The notes beneath the pieces were generated by a model. It saw only the letters and a list, made by a program, of their open reading frames with translations. It had not been told where the DNA came from and did no database searches. The position numbers and the translations under genes are program-made. Shown here one piece after another: positions 45,873-57,843 of a stretch of 64,000 nt of DNA (positions are counted from its first letter, which is position 1; every line of letters begins with the position of its first letter). The stretch comes from Neoechinorhynchus agilis (lineage: Eukaryota; Animalia; Acanthocephala): positions 1,148,389 through 1,212,388 of the forward strand of contig CM121343.1 of assembly GCA_051530055.1 (NCBI GenBank). Reading direction: 5' to 3'.

Positions 45873-47031
45873 GTTCAACGTCAAACACAAGCCGCTTGCT
45901 AGAGAAGACATTGAGGCGGTGTATGTGATTTAATCGCCCTTCTTCATCATTTTCGATTCGGGTCTTCAAATATATGTGGAGTCTAAAAGTTCGAATGCAG
46001 AGTCAAATCAATCGGTCCTTTATGTTTTAATGCTTTCCTCAAAGCCATTATAGAAACTCACATAGATTCTTTTTCTAAGATCTTCACGCAACAAAATAAC
46101 GCATTTCTTTACACATTAGAAAGTCGATATCGGTCATGTATGATTTATTCTTATTATAATATTCGACTTTTTGTCTTAGGAGGACTTTGGTGTCGCGTTT
46201 GTAATAGTTGTTGAAATAATTGGAGTTTACACGTTCGCACGGCAATTAGGACTTGTGTTCAATCGACACACACACACACCTCTAAGGTTCAATGTTCGAC
46301 TAATTTCTTTTCACTTGAAGCCATTAATGACCAGTATTAGCGTCTTCAATGGAACAGAGTTGCTTTAGGTTCTCTACGAATGGTTTTTCTTAAAGAACAC
46401 GTTCTCCAAGATATTTTATCACTACTACTACTACTACAACGATGTATTCCAGTCGCTTCATTCAAGTAATTACTGCATCCTTTACCACCTTTGCGAATAT
46501 CGATCTTTTTGAATACTTGTTCTTCATTTTAAAAAGTGTTCAACCGCTTAATTTTTTGGCATTTTTCTTGAAGGTGGAAAAACAAACGATTTTTTTATAT
46601 ATATATACATACCATAGGCGACCCGCAAAGATTCGATCACAAAGACTTCGCTTCCGAGTTGGACTGCGAGGTTGTTGCTTTTTTGCATGGCTATTGCGCC
46701 ATTTATCAGCTGGCTTTGAACTTCATCGGTCAAAGTAAGGCCAAATTTGTCACTGCAGGATTCCGCTTGTTTTACAGTTCATGGATTAAATGGAAAGAAC
46801 AAATTCTTAGATTTGCGCACGGCACTTGATTTAAAAACAAGTCTAAAAGACTTTTATCCGTCCCAGACAAATTAGCTTTAGATTCCTACAGTTTTATTAA
46901 AGTGGTAAGAATCATATATACCCGTGAAAAACGAAAATTGGGCATTAAAATCATGATAACATCAGGTATAAATATTAAATCACATGAACAACTCGTCATT
47001 CTCGCGTCGTCTGTTTTGCAAATTATGCTTC

Positions 47032-49602
47032 TTAAAGTCTTGTTCGATCTTCAGCTAGTGATCCGATTATGTCAATGCATCTAGCCAATGTTTCCATCAA
47101 ATCACCATATGATTGCTGATTAATTTTTATAAGCACTTCTCGACGACGAATTTTACTCGCAGTGGTTTTCATTCCTTCGGACAACCGCCGTAAGGTTTTC
47201 ATATCGGCCTGGGATTCAACTTGTGCCTCGGTTACAGCCTCATTGACCAATTGAAGCAACGAATCGGGTTTTTCAAAGATAGAAGATCCGGAGCTTGAAA
47301 AGTCATCATCTAAGCATGAATCACTGAACGTAGTTGGCTGGTGCTTCAGATTCGGCGTATCTTCGTCAGACGAACTGTCCACATCTTTCGACTGCCGACG
47401 CTTTCTGTTGATTTGTTGTACAAAATCGTTTGACAAATATGAACAGCGAAACAAATCTTCTGATGGCAAATTATCATTGGGTGATTCGGTGGCTGGAGTT
47501 GGTCTTAATAATGCATCAATAGCACCTGGACATTTTTCTACAAGTTCTGCGATAGCTTCCTCCAAAGGAGCACATTTATGCTCCGACGATAGTGGTGTTC
47601 GATGTGCCTTATTGGGAAGCGAAGACTTAATCACGACATCGATTATCTCATCAGTCCTATCCCTCAGCACGGGACTGCGTTTCCGAGTCTCATTATGTTT
47701 TGCGGTTAAATCGTCATTATCCCACCTAATTGACTGATCATTAGTGTTATCCTTTGTCACTCGCCTTCGCCTTTTATCCTTCAGTATCTCTAACTTGTCA
47801 AATTTGATATTTATTGATTGAAGTTTAATCTCAAGGCTTGATGCTATATCTATTTGTTTCAATCTATGCTTAAACGGAACTCTGTAGGACTCTATTGAAT
47901 GTCGACGGAATGGCGGTCGCTGTATGTCTCCTCTGGTCCAGCACAAATCACATCTTCTTGTGGCTCTTACAGGTAAACTGATTTGTTTGTGCTGTTCGGA
48001 CGCTATCAAAATTCCCAGTTCGCTAAAACAAAGATCATTGTCATTAAATGCACTTAAATTTTCAGTGTCTTCACAAGAGTGCTCAAATGATGCTAGTCTC
48101 GAGAGTCTCGAAACTGGGACCGAATAAACTTTCATTCCAATAGACAAAGAGAAATGAAAATTTATTATTACGTCATTTCCTCTTGTAATAAATTTTCGAT
48201 TGTCATTGAGCAATTTTACCACGTTCCTGTAGGGCAATCGACGGTTTCCACATGACTTGGACCGGTGCAAAGACGTCGTGATTTGTCCTTTTCTTACTTT
48301 GTCGATTGCTCGATCGATCCAAACAAATCGACGATTGCATAATGTCTGAGTATTTGGATGAAGGATTTTAAGCATTGCTGGTGACGAGAATCCCATTGGT
48401 CTAGGAACCACGTATTCTCTTTCTATTTCGTGAACAATATAGCACAATGGAGTTGAACACCATGAAACCGGAAATGGTGGTAATACTTTAGTGATACGGA
48501 TACTGGTGCGGAAATCAAGTTTGAATTCTGGTTTTTCTGACCTGGATGGAATAGGCACCGCTGTAACGATTCTCACCCCATCTCTAAGCGAATGGAACAA
48601 TTTACGCAGTGCTTCATTAACATCCGAATCAAATGAAACATTATTTATGAAAATGACATCAGCTGCTCGAATAATATGTTCGAATTTTTGGTCAAGAAAA
48701 TTCCCGGATCTTAGTACAAATGGTGAATATTGATAGCCCAGCCAATGCATACATCGTTCAAAGTTAGCAGCTATTCCTTGGCAGAATTTCAGTGGCCAAT
48801 CAGAGACCTCAACTCCAACACAACTGGTGAGAGTGCGTGATGCAGCAAATTGAAGAATCACGTTGCCAACTCCCGATCCCAGATCAACTACTCGGTCGAA
48901 TTTACGTTGCTGGCTAACGAAATCTATGGCATATTTCACACACTCAAATGAAGTTTCACCATACGTTTTCCCAGTCTCTCCAGCTCTACAAACCAGCTTT
49001 CGTGGGTTAGTAACTGCACTCGCATAGGCGTACTCAAGGACGTGCTTTAGAGTTTGATCCGGAATAAGGCGCACCTTTTTATCATCCGCGGATCCGTTCC
49101 ATCCATTGGGAACATCAAGTGACTTTGAACAGAACGTGTCGTCAAAAAACCAGCTACTGTCTTTACTATTATTCAATCGATCAAGATACAGATTGGCGAG
49201 CTTATTGAAATCGTCAACAAAGCGTTGAATCTCTTCTTGAGTACTCAAATTCAAAGGCCTCGATGAAAATTCATGAAACTCGAAGACGACAGCCGTTGCT
49301 TCGGCTATAATACAATTCATAAGCGGACGCAAGACTTGGACTGCCCTTTGTGATCGAGGAATGTGGTATTTCGGATCGTGATCAAAGTTAACGTAAAGTC
49401 CAAGTCGGGTTTTCGGTGAGACCAATGAGGTATTGGATAGAAGAATTCGTTCTAAAGCTTGAGCGTTAACGTTCCCTGAATACAGTGAAGTGGATCCACC
49501 ACCAGTTGGTGATGACAGAGCTGATGAAGATAACAGTTCCTCTGGTGTCCCTATACCGCCACGGTAGCAGACGGAAGATGGAGTCAAATGAGTTGATGCC
49601 AT
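47032..49602 (-). CDS. DOT1L: DOT1L-like histone H3K79 methyltransferase (single 856-aa open frame)
   Basis: LKHVLEYAYASAVTNPRKL; TYGETSF; VDLGSGVGNVILQFAA; VGVE; ADVIFINNVSF; DGVRIVT; PVSWCSTPL.Y.VH.I. Confidence 0.92.
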   Translation of the reverse strand: MASTHLTPSSVCYRGGIGTPEELLSSSALSSPTGGGSTSLYSGNVNAQALERILLSNTSLVSPKTRLGLYVNFDHDPKYHIPRSQRAVQVLRPLMNCIIAEATAVVFEFHEFSSRPLNLSTQEEIQRFVDDFNKLANLYLDRLNNSKDSSWFFDDTFCSKSLDVPNGWNGSADDKKVRLIPDQTLKHVLEYAYASAVTNPRKLVCRAGETGKTYGETSFECVKYAIDFVSQQRKFDRVVDLGSGVGNVILQFAASRTLTSCVGVEVSDWPLKFCQGIAANFERCMHWLGYQYSPFVLRSGNFLDQKFEHIIRAADVIFINNVSFDSDVNEALRKLFHSLRDGVRIVTAVPIPSRSEKPEFKLDFRTSIRITKVLPPFPVSWCSTPLCYIVHEIEREYVVPRPMGFSSPAMLKILHPNTQTLCNRRFVWIDRAIDKVRKGQITTSLHRSKSCGNRRLPYRNVVKLLNDNRKFITRGNDVIINFHFSLSIGMKVYSVPVSRLSRLASFEHSCEDTENLSAFNDNDLCFSELGILIASEQHKQISLPVRATRRCDLCWTRGDIQRPPFRRHSIESYRVPFKHRLKQIDIASSLEIKLQSINIKFDKLEILKDKRRRRVTKDNTNDQSIRWDNDDLTAKHNETRKRSPVLRDRTDEIIDVVIKSSLPNKAHRTPLSSEHKCAPLEEAIAELVEKCPGAIDALLRPTPATESPNDNLPSEDLFRCSYLSNDFVQQINRKRRQSKDVDSSSDEDTPNLKHQPTTFSDSCLDDDFSSSGSSIFEKPDSLLQLVNEAVTEAQVESQADMKTLRRLSEGMKTTASKIRRREVLIKINQQSYGDLMETLARCIDIIGSLAEDRTRL

Positions 49603-51899
49603 CTAAAATATTCATACAATGAACCTGTGCTCAAACTTTAAGTTGTTAAATTCGTTTTACAAAAAAAAGTGCTTAAAACGAAAAAGTACGCCCTGACTTT
49701 TGTACATGGCCATTGTACTCAAAAAGACGTTTTATCGCTTAGTGGGCGATGAACCAACATGAATTTTCTGGCACGCAACTACAATAAAAAATAAACGATA
49801 TACGCGAAAAATGGCCGATCAATAAAATTGTTATTAAGTAGCCCTAAGGGTTCATGTAAACCAATCAGATAACGTCTTCTTTAAAAGCAGAATAAAAGCA
49901 AATCAAGAAAGCTCTCAGAAGATTTAAAATCAAAGATTAATTAGTGTCGTATGAACAAGGAAAACGAACCAATTCATCGGTTTAAATTCTTGAACATCTT
50001 CGACAAATTTTATAATTATCCCTGGAAATTGTACAAGAGTTGTCATTTCCCTTTCATTTTAAAGCCTTCGTTGCTGTTCGCTCAAAAAACATAGTCAACG
50101 CATTGTTCAAAACAAAAATTGCCACCATGGATTGATTGAATCAACGTTAAATTGGGGCTGTTTTATAAGCTTCAAATTTTTTTATAACGCTATTTACAAG
50201 CACTATCTTTGCAACGTTAAATGTTGGTGTGCGGCATCAGAAGATCATTGCCTATGTAGTTTACATTATCAACAAAATGTTTTTCAGGCACAAAAATCGA
50301 TATTTATACCACTCGGTACCACCAAAAGCAGCAGAACAAAATTAAACATTGTGGCTATCAAATAGATCGCATGTCGTAGAATTGAAAGAAATTTTGGTCG
50401 ACATTCAACCCGATAATTGCTTTAGAGCTATTAAATCAAATTAGCCATGAACGTTGAAAAAAGATACCTCAAACCAGTTGTGATCCACGGACAGTTGAAC
50501 ACAACCATCAATTCTTAATAGCCGGAAAAAACATTTAGGTATGAAGTTGGTGCAATTGATATAAAATTGATTTTTTATGTCATATTTGGCAAGAATAAAA
50601 ATTTGACAATTTATGTGTTAAAGGTGCGATTTTGAACAGTTTAAACCATAACTTATTGTTGATCGTAATATATGCTCATATTTTCAACTTATTTCAAATC
50701 TACTTGGTGGATGGATCCACAAGGATTTTACATTTTTATCGCATTTGTGGCGTTTAGACGGACTTGGAGCAAAATTACTTGGAATTTATAAAATAATAAA
50801 CATATTTAGTGTTGTGGATCTATACTTTGATATTGCATGTAAACAATGTATCTGAAATTCCTCGGTTTGACAAATAAAAAGCGATCAGGGTTTGGTGAAA
50901 CAATGAAATCAGAACGTAAATCAACACTTAAGAAGGTGTAATTGAGAATTCAGGATCAACAAAAGCACTTTATGTACCAAAATGTATTGATTTTGTGTCG
51001 ATGGAACAATAATAAACGAAACGGTTGAAAGTCGCCTAAAAATGTAAATACAAAGAGGATTAGATTTCGCATCCGGTCGAATGGCGAACACAAAAGTAAA
51101 GCCTAAAATGCGTTATATTTACGTGTAGTTGAATAACAAAGATGACAAGGTAAAAATCGAATGGTAATTTGTTTGCAATAGATGACAATTTGAATGTATT
51201 TGTGTCGTCTACTGATTTTTACACGAAATGGAGCCATACCAAGCCGGGATGCTTCAAAAATAAAGCTGAAACCATTAATGGGTCGTTGTTCCGTAATCTA
51301 TTATGGTAAATCAATATATCAACAACGTATGCTTTGATGATAATATTACCTTTGTTCCAGTCTTAGAGCTTTCTGTGTGTTTTGATTTAATTCGAAGATA
51401 TGTAGAAATCAAGGTTTCATGAGTCGATGTTCAATGGTAGAACAATCCGTGTTTTTTTTAAAAAGAAGAAGGACCAATTAGATAGCAGTCTAATGATATT
51501 GAAAATGAATGAAAAATAGGCATTCTTGCTAAAATCACACACAAAAATTGAAGATTAAACGTTTGAAATATATGTATCTTTTTTTAGCGCCGTGTAATAG
51601 CTAAAAATAGTGCGCGTTGGTGTGGGAAAATGTCCTTTGATGCTTTCTAAATATTCAGATTGAACATAAATGAAGGTGCAATAGAGCATAAATAGAAAAA
51701 TCCAGAAACACTTTCAAACAAGAATTTTCGCGGAAATGAAATTAATTATATGAAGGCCAATCAATCCCATAAAACTCACAAGATAGGCTTATTGGATATC
51801 GGAAAGCAATCGAGAAGCTAAGCAAAACACAATTCATTCTTTCACATGCATGACGAGAACTTTGGCAGCGAAATCTTACAGTCGTAGACTGAGAATTGC

Positions 51900-52340
51900 A
51901 AGAGTATTGCTTTGTTTAATGTGGAAAGACGATATACCGCATGGTAATCGTAGAAATCCAATAAAATAGTGGCTTAAATGGCTGCTAATCGATGTTTATT
52001 GTATTCAGGTTTCAAAAATTTGGTGAACCGAGCAATTGCGGGAAAACTGGTATATTTTGGACTATGTATCGTTTGGACCGTTTAAGATTATTGAACAAAA
52101 AAAATGTATCTAATAGTGCGAAAAAAACTTGAATGGACATAGAAATGATTGTGCCATTATTCGACAAAATGTTTGTCCGAATTAGAGACTTATATTACCT
52201 GATGCAACTTTTGGAAAAAAGAGACGAACTCACGTATTTAAAAACTTACGAAACAATGCTTGAGAAGGAAGCTTTGAAAATTCGCAATGAAGAGTTCAAT
52301 AAGAAAGCTCGAGTGTGTAACCATTTGCCAGCGAGAGAAT
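51900..52340 (+). pseudogene. CK1-like kinase C-lobe remnant
   Basis: GKLVYFGL (VYIIDFGL-like); RDLYYLM; LEKEALKIRNEEFNKKARVC shared with 13840-13915. Confidence 0.35.
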
Positions 52341-53597
52341 ACACATCCACTCGAAGGAACAATTTGATAGGAATGAAATAATAAGTAAAATCCTCTTCAC
52401 ATGAATATATTTAGCATATTTGACTTGGTAGACTTAAAGTCGAACATTTCATTTTGAAAAAAAACCCTTCACTCGATGGACTGGTTGACGTGATCTTAAA
52501 TTTTTGCCTAGAAAGGTGGGCGGTACAAGAATCATAAAATGACAAACGTAACATAAAAAAGTAGTGGTATGAAGAATATTCGAAACTTTAGTATGACTCA
52601 TGAAAATATTCACTCGTCAGCCTAAAAGGTTCACAATTGAACAACACCAATTGTGGTTTCGTTCATGTCATTTGGCCTCAAAAATTTTCTCGTCCTAATT
52701 AAAAATTACGGAGTTTAAGAAAATACAAATTCTAAAAGAGATGTTTGTTCAAACTATCAATGTTAACGCCTAAAATCAAAAGCTACATAGTTTTTGGCTT
52801 ACCATCTTCTTTAAAAGACTTAAATATATTCTCTTCTCCGACAACAAGTATCGTTCGCTAACGAAGAGTTTACTGAATCGTTAGTCCAGTCACACGGCGG
52901 GAATGGTAGTGGTCCTCTCGTCGAAGCTACGATTTCATTGTTATGAAATACAGGGAGTGAGAAAGCGCGCAATTCCTTTGCATGAGAAACACGTCGATGC
53001 CATTGTTTGCTGCTGCTGCTGAGAAATGGCTGATAACACAATGAGGATGATCATTTTCTAAATTAGTGTTTAAAGTGCAAAAACCTTCCTTAAATTATGA
53101 TGATGATGTATTTATTGTGTTATTTAACCTTTCAAACAAATACACTCGCAATCAAGCGCTGAGAATTCATTGTTTCTTTGATTTAGTCATCCACACTGGT
53201 CCGTGATTCGAATCAAAGCGCGAATAAACGACGCGTAATGTTGAGTTTCGATCAAATCACGCATTGGATTCGTGATGAATACCGAAAACTTCCCTAAAAG
53301 ACAATGAAGGCGGTTGGGGACCCGAAATAATAAAACATCGATCGAACGATGGTCAAAAATTCACTTTGGGTTTCTTCCAGCTCACACACCTGATGACGTC
53401 ATACAACGATGTCAACACACATGCACACACCAACTTCAAAACTCGAATTGGTAATGTGAGTCGAATTAATGCTTATGGCACCGTTCTTCGAAAGAATATG
53501 GCTCGCTTGATTGAACGATTATTTTAAAAGTCGAATATATGTTTAACATTGCCGATAAAATATGGTGAAGAAAATAAGAACTGAGAAATTCAATTTT

Positions 53598-53639
53598 ATT
53601 GTGAATTTTCGGCCTTAGCGTAGGCCTTCTTCAGACTAT
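53598..53639 (-). ncRNA. Minimal type I hammerhead ribozyme (solo)
   Basis: ATAGT-CTGAAGA-A-GGCCT-acgcta-AGGCC-GAAA-AT-TC-ACAAT-AAAA; one stem I mismatch. Confidence 0.82.
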
Positions 53640-53769
53640 TGTTAAAGTGAACACCTACACTCCAAAAAGCATCTACACACGGCATCCCCTCGAATGACGT
53701 ATTTGGTGTACGCCGAAAGACATTTTTCCATAATGTATCCGCAGTCTATCTAGATGACATTTTGATTAA

Positions 53770-56700
53770 GATGTCCATCTCTGTTTCACAAGTTCAGCCA
53801 TCAACGTCGTCTACAACGCCCGTTACAAATGAAGAGACGCGAACGTCACGGCCGTCAGTATTATGTATCCGACAAATTCGGCTATTCTTTGGAGCGCTCA
53901 AGAAGCGATGCCGCAAAAAAGAGAGTAATCGACGCAAACGTCAGAACTCTGTACATAAAGGCTTACACTCCTTTGAGGAATTGTCCGGTGGTGTTTCTAT
54001 AGCCTGCAGCTTATCTGAGGTTATCCGTGAAGATCATTTCCGTTACCACCCTAATCCATTCATCTACAAGTTGTCTTTGATTTATCCAAGTGGTCACCGT
54101 CTGGATTATACCAATCTTTTGCGACGATGTTTTCATTTTTCCATTTCTTTGGGATGATAGAATTGGAGACGTGTGATGATCATAATCCTTTCCCCCGGAT
54201 GATCACCACACATCTCCAACTCTATCATCCCAAAGGATTTTCTATTCGATACTGAAATAAACTAGGTAATAAATGTATCCTTGCCCAAAGTGCGTCTGTA
54301 GCATTCATAGCAACTTTTTTGAAGAGTACAAATGCGTTCTATAATCTATGGGAATAATTCAGGGATATTGGAACCACGAAAATGCTTTCTAACACGTTGT
54401 CAACGTTTTTTCTTACATCCGTCTATAGAAATTAAGCGTTTGTCTATTTCCCTTTGACCTCTATATACCGTTTGGCTAAGGTTTCGCTCTTTTCTTAGTT
54501 GAACCGACGATATTCGTCGATTCTTACCATAAATCTTATTTTTCTAAACATTCATTTATATCCGGTTGGTGGTCACTTCTTTACCATGACAATGAAAGGA
54601 ATGGCGATTCATGTGAATGGTTTATATATCGGACTTACAATGAGCTAGTCATGTTTTTTGAGCTAATGTTCGTCGCGAACGCTCGAGACAAATTAAAGAG
54701 ATGTGCCCACCGTTCTACAGACCTCGATGATCATGATGGACAAAAAGAACAATCTTTCCTAACGGCTACCAATTTGCTTCTCTTGAAACCCGTAATTACT
54801 CTTACTGAAGATGAAGCTCTTAGAAGGTCACATGCAATTGTCACTCATTTTCAACATGTCTTGGACGATCCGGGAATGTTGGCACGACCAGAGTGTCTCC
54901 GATTCATTGAAGTTTCACTGTTTAGTTTCAGAAATAATGAAGGTCTTACGAAGTTAAAAGAAGGAGCTGTCAAAAAAAGATGCGGTGGCTATAGTCGATG
55001 GTTCTTGTCCTTAAAGTCTTTGTGCAATTTAATTTTCAGATGGAGATCATGGTAAATATTTCTTGTTTTTCATTGTCCCCAAGGAACATTTTCCTTTTTA
55101 TCGTTCGATAAAGTAAAATGCAACTTCACTAGGCAATATATAGTTCGAATTTCACTTTAAACAATCAGTGACTCATTGGGTAAATTTGCTCTTAAATTTA
55201 TTTAACTCCCCTTTTAGCGTATGTAATACTTTATTTGAATTCCTAGTATGGGTTTTTCCAATATTTATTCGCGAATATTTATACGAGGCAATCACAATTT
55301 ATTAAATCAAAAACTTGAAATATTGACCGAAAAATTACTTCCGCTCAGAATATCTTAACAGGAGCATCCATAATTTTATCTAGTGATGTCAACAGAACTC
55401 GGTTATGAGCATGTGTAAAAATTGCTCCCAATCAAGTGATTTTTGTAGCACTTGCCAAAATTTTCTTGAGTGTTCCTCGGGCAATGAAACTCTTTATTTT
55501 TTCTATAAATCTACCAATAAATTAGTTGGTTGCTCATTGGCGACAGCTATATTGCATATGTTCATCCGAAAAGTGGCGAGATTCGCGGAGTGATGTTGTT
55601 CGATGATCGATTCAAATGTACACAATGCATGAGTTGGAAAAAGAGTAAATCAGGGTTGATGCTTCAAAATGCCTCAAGGTTGTCTTACCGCTAAGTGTAT
55701 GCCCATCTTAATTCTTATAATTTTTTAGAAGTCTCACAATAGTATGTAGCAACCATCGTCGATGTACTGACTTCAGAGAATCCATACTGAATGCAGCTGA
55801 AAAATCTGAATATTTCTGCGCTAGCAACAGGTTTAAGTCCTTCGCACCCGTTCGGCAGAATGTCAATATAAAATGGCTAGTCGACGGTGCGTCTTATTTT
55901 GAAGCAATGGCTGACATGATTATAAAAGCAAAAGAAGAGATATTTATAACTGATTGGTTTTTAAGTCCGGAACTTCACCTTAAAAGACCGGCACTGGATA
56001 ATCAGTGGCGTTTGGACAATCTACTGAGGTCTAAGGCAGAAGAGGGAGTGCGGATATACGTATTACTTTACAAGGAGGTAGATTTTGTGCTCGGTACAAA
56101 TAGTGCTTATTCAAAAAAGAAATTAATGAACTCGCACTCGAACATCAAAGTCCTCAGGTACCCTGATCACCGAAATCCCGTACGCTCAACTGTTCTATGG
56201 GCCAACCACGAAAAGATTCTGATAATAGATCAGTCCATCGCATTCTTTGGGGGATTTGATATATGTTATGGACGGTGGGACGATTGTACCCATAGATTAT
56301 CGGATTTGGGCACACCGGGCGCCTCTGATCTTTTTACAAATGCAGTAACAACCTCGAACGCTACATCGAATCAAAAAACGCATAAAAATCGAACTTCGAA
56401 ACCACTGAAGCTCGCTGATAACCAAATTATGTCAGCACCATGGTCAACAGTTTGTTCAAAACAAATTGATATTACGCCATCGTGTATTGATAAATATTTG
56501 AAACAGTCAATTCCGGATTACATTGATGGAAATAATAAAAAAATGAGAGATAATAACGCATGCGATGCGGACCTCGACGAACGAACTGAAAAGGTTCAAC
56601 CACAACGTTCACTCTCTTGCCATCCGTTTTTAACTTCTACCGATAAGAAGAGGCTTGCTAGACTTAGGGCACGGACGATTAGTCTTGATTCAGTCGATTA

Positions 56701-57810
56701 CGAGTCACCGATCGTTGATAAGCGTTCAGTGCTTTTGGCAAGTGGTATTGATTGTATTCGAACGTGTATTGGTCGCGGTAGTCGTCATCGAAACAGCTTT
56801 TCACATGGACTAGGCGAACATGCATCAATGTGTCTTAGTCTTGATTCAGGCATTGCCTACATCAGTATAACCGAATCTCTCAATCAACTTGATCGCCCTG
56901 CCCGTGTTTCTATACGAAGACGAATCCGCGAAAAATTAAAATATATACCAAGATTAAATTTTCTACATCCAGTTTTATACAACCAGACCGGAGAACATCC
57001 ATCGGACGTTTCATCGCCAACAATGCATGGACAGCAGCGACCTTGCAGTTCTCAACACCGCAAACGTGCCTTTGAACGACAATTAGCTGCTTTTGGAGAA
57101 CTTGTATTGGAAAAGTTTGTGCACCCGGTTAGTTTTTGTTTTGGATCTGGGACGAAAGCACTGTCAAATGAGCATCTGATTTCTATGTTCGAGATCATTT
57201 CTGTAGACTCGCTGCCACTAAAATAGACTTCTCTGATTAAAAATGCTCAAAAATTATACGCAATTGCAACGTAACAAAGGTTTTAATTAAATGCGATTTT
57301 ATCTAATGTAATTATAATTTTTTGGTCTTAATATCTAAAGAAATTCTTCAGCTTAGAAATCTTTTTCTTTGTGTTAGATTTGCAGATGAAAATTTGGCGG
57401 TACTTGCATTTCTGCCCTACGCATAAGTTCATATCCCATGCCACAGGTAGAATGGATTAAGGTTATGGCCTGGTAAGGATTATTCAAATATTGTTTTAAA
57501 AGACTTCAGATCAGTGGATACTCCATTTGAGGATTCAATTGATCGAGCCACTCTTCCTCGAATGCCATGGCATGACGTGGGCGGTGTAGTCAGCGGTAAA
57601 GCTGCGCAGGATATTGCGAGGCACTTTATTCAAAGGTGGAATTTCGTAAAAGTGCTAAAATTCAAGACAGATCACGTTTATCCATTACTTCTTCCACGAT
57701 CATCGTCTAGATCAAGGGCGCGAATCGATATTGATGATCTTCACCCTCAAAAGTGTCAGGTTCAAGTATTGCGTAGTGTCTGCAAGTGGTCAGCTGGAGT
57801 GGGACATGTA
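53770..57810 (+). CDS. PLD1: Phospholipase D1/2-like gene (PX, PH, first HKD half); runs into the tandem array, second HKD not in the window; exon model uncertain
   Basis: NPFIYKLSL (PX); FIEVSLFSF...[11 protein letters not shown] (PH); FAPVR...WLVDG..YF; [19 protein letters not shown]; [12 protein letters not shown] (HxKxxxxD); GKDYSN; PRMPWHDV; [12 protein letters not shown]. Confidence 0.88.
54147..54235. repeat. Fold-back inverted repeat (37-bp arms) at the point where the PLD PX frame stops
   Basis: ctttgggatgatagaattggagacgtgtgatgatcat / atgatcaccacacatctccaactctatcatcccaaag. Confidence 0.85.
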
Positions 57811-57843
57811 TGGAGGCGCATCGAGTGGCTTTGGTGGAAACTA

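Noticed and set aside
53394-53401. TGACGTCA (cAMP-response element) upstream of PLD
   Set aside because: An 8-mer is expected by chance about once per 64 kb; there is no supporting evidence.
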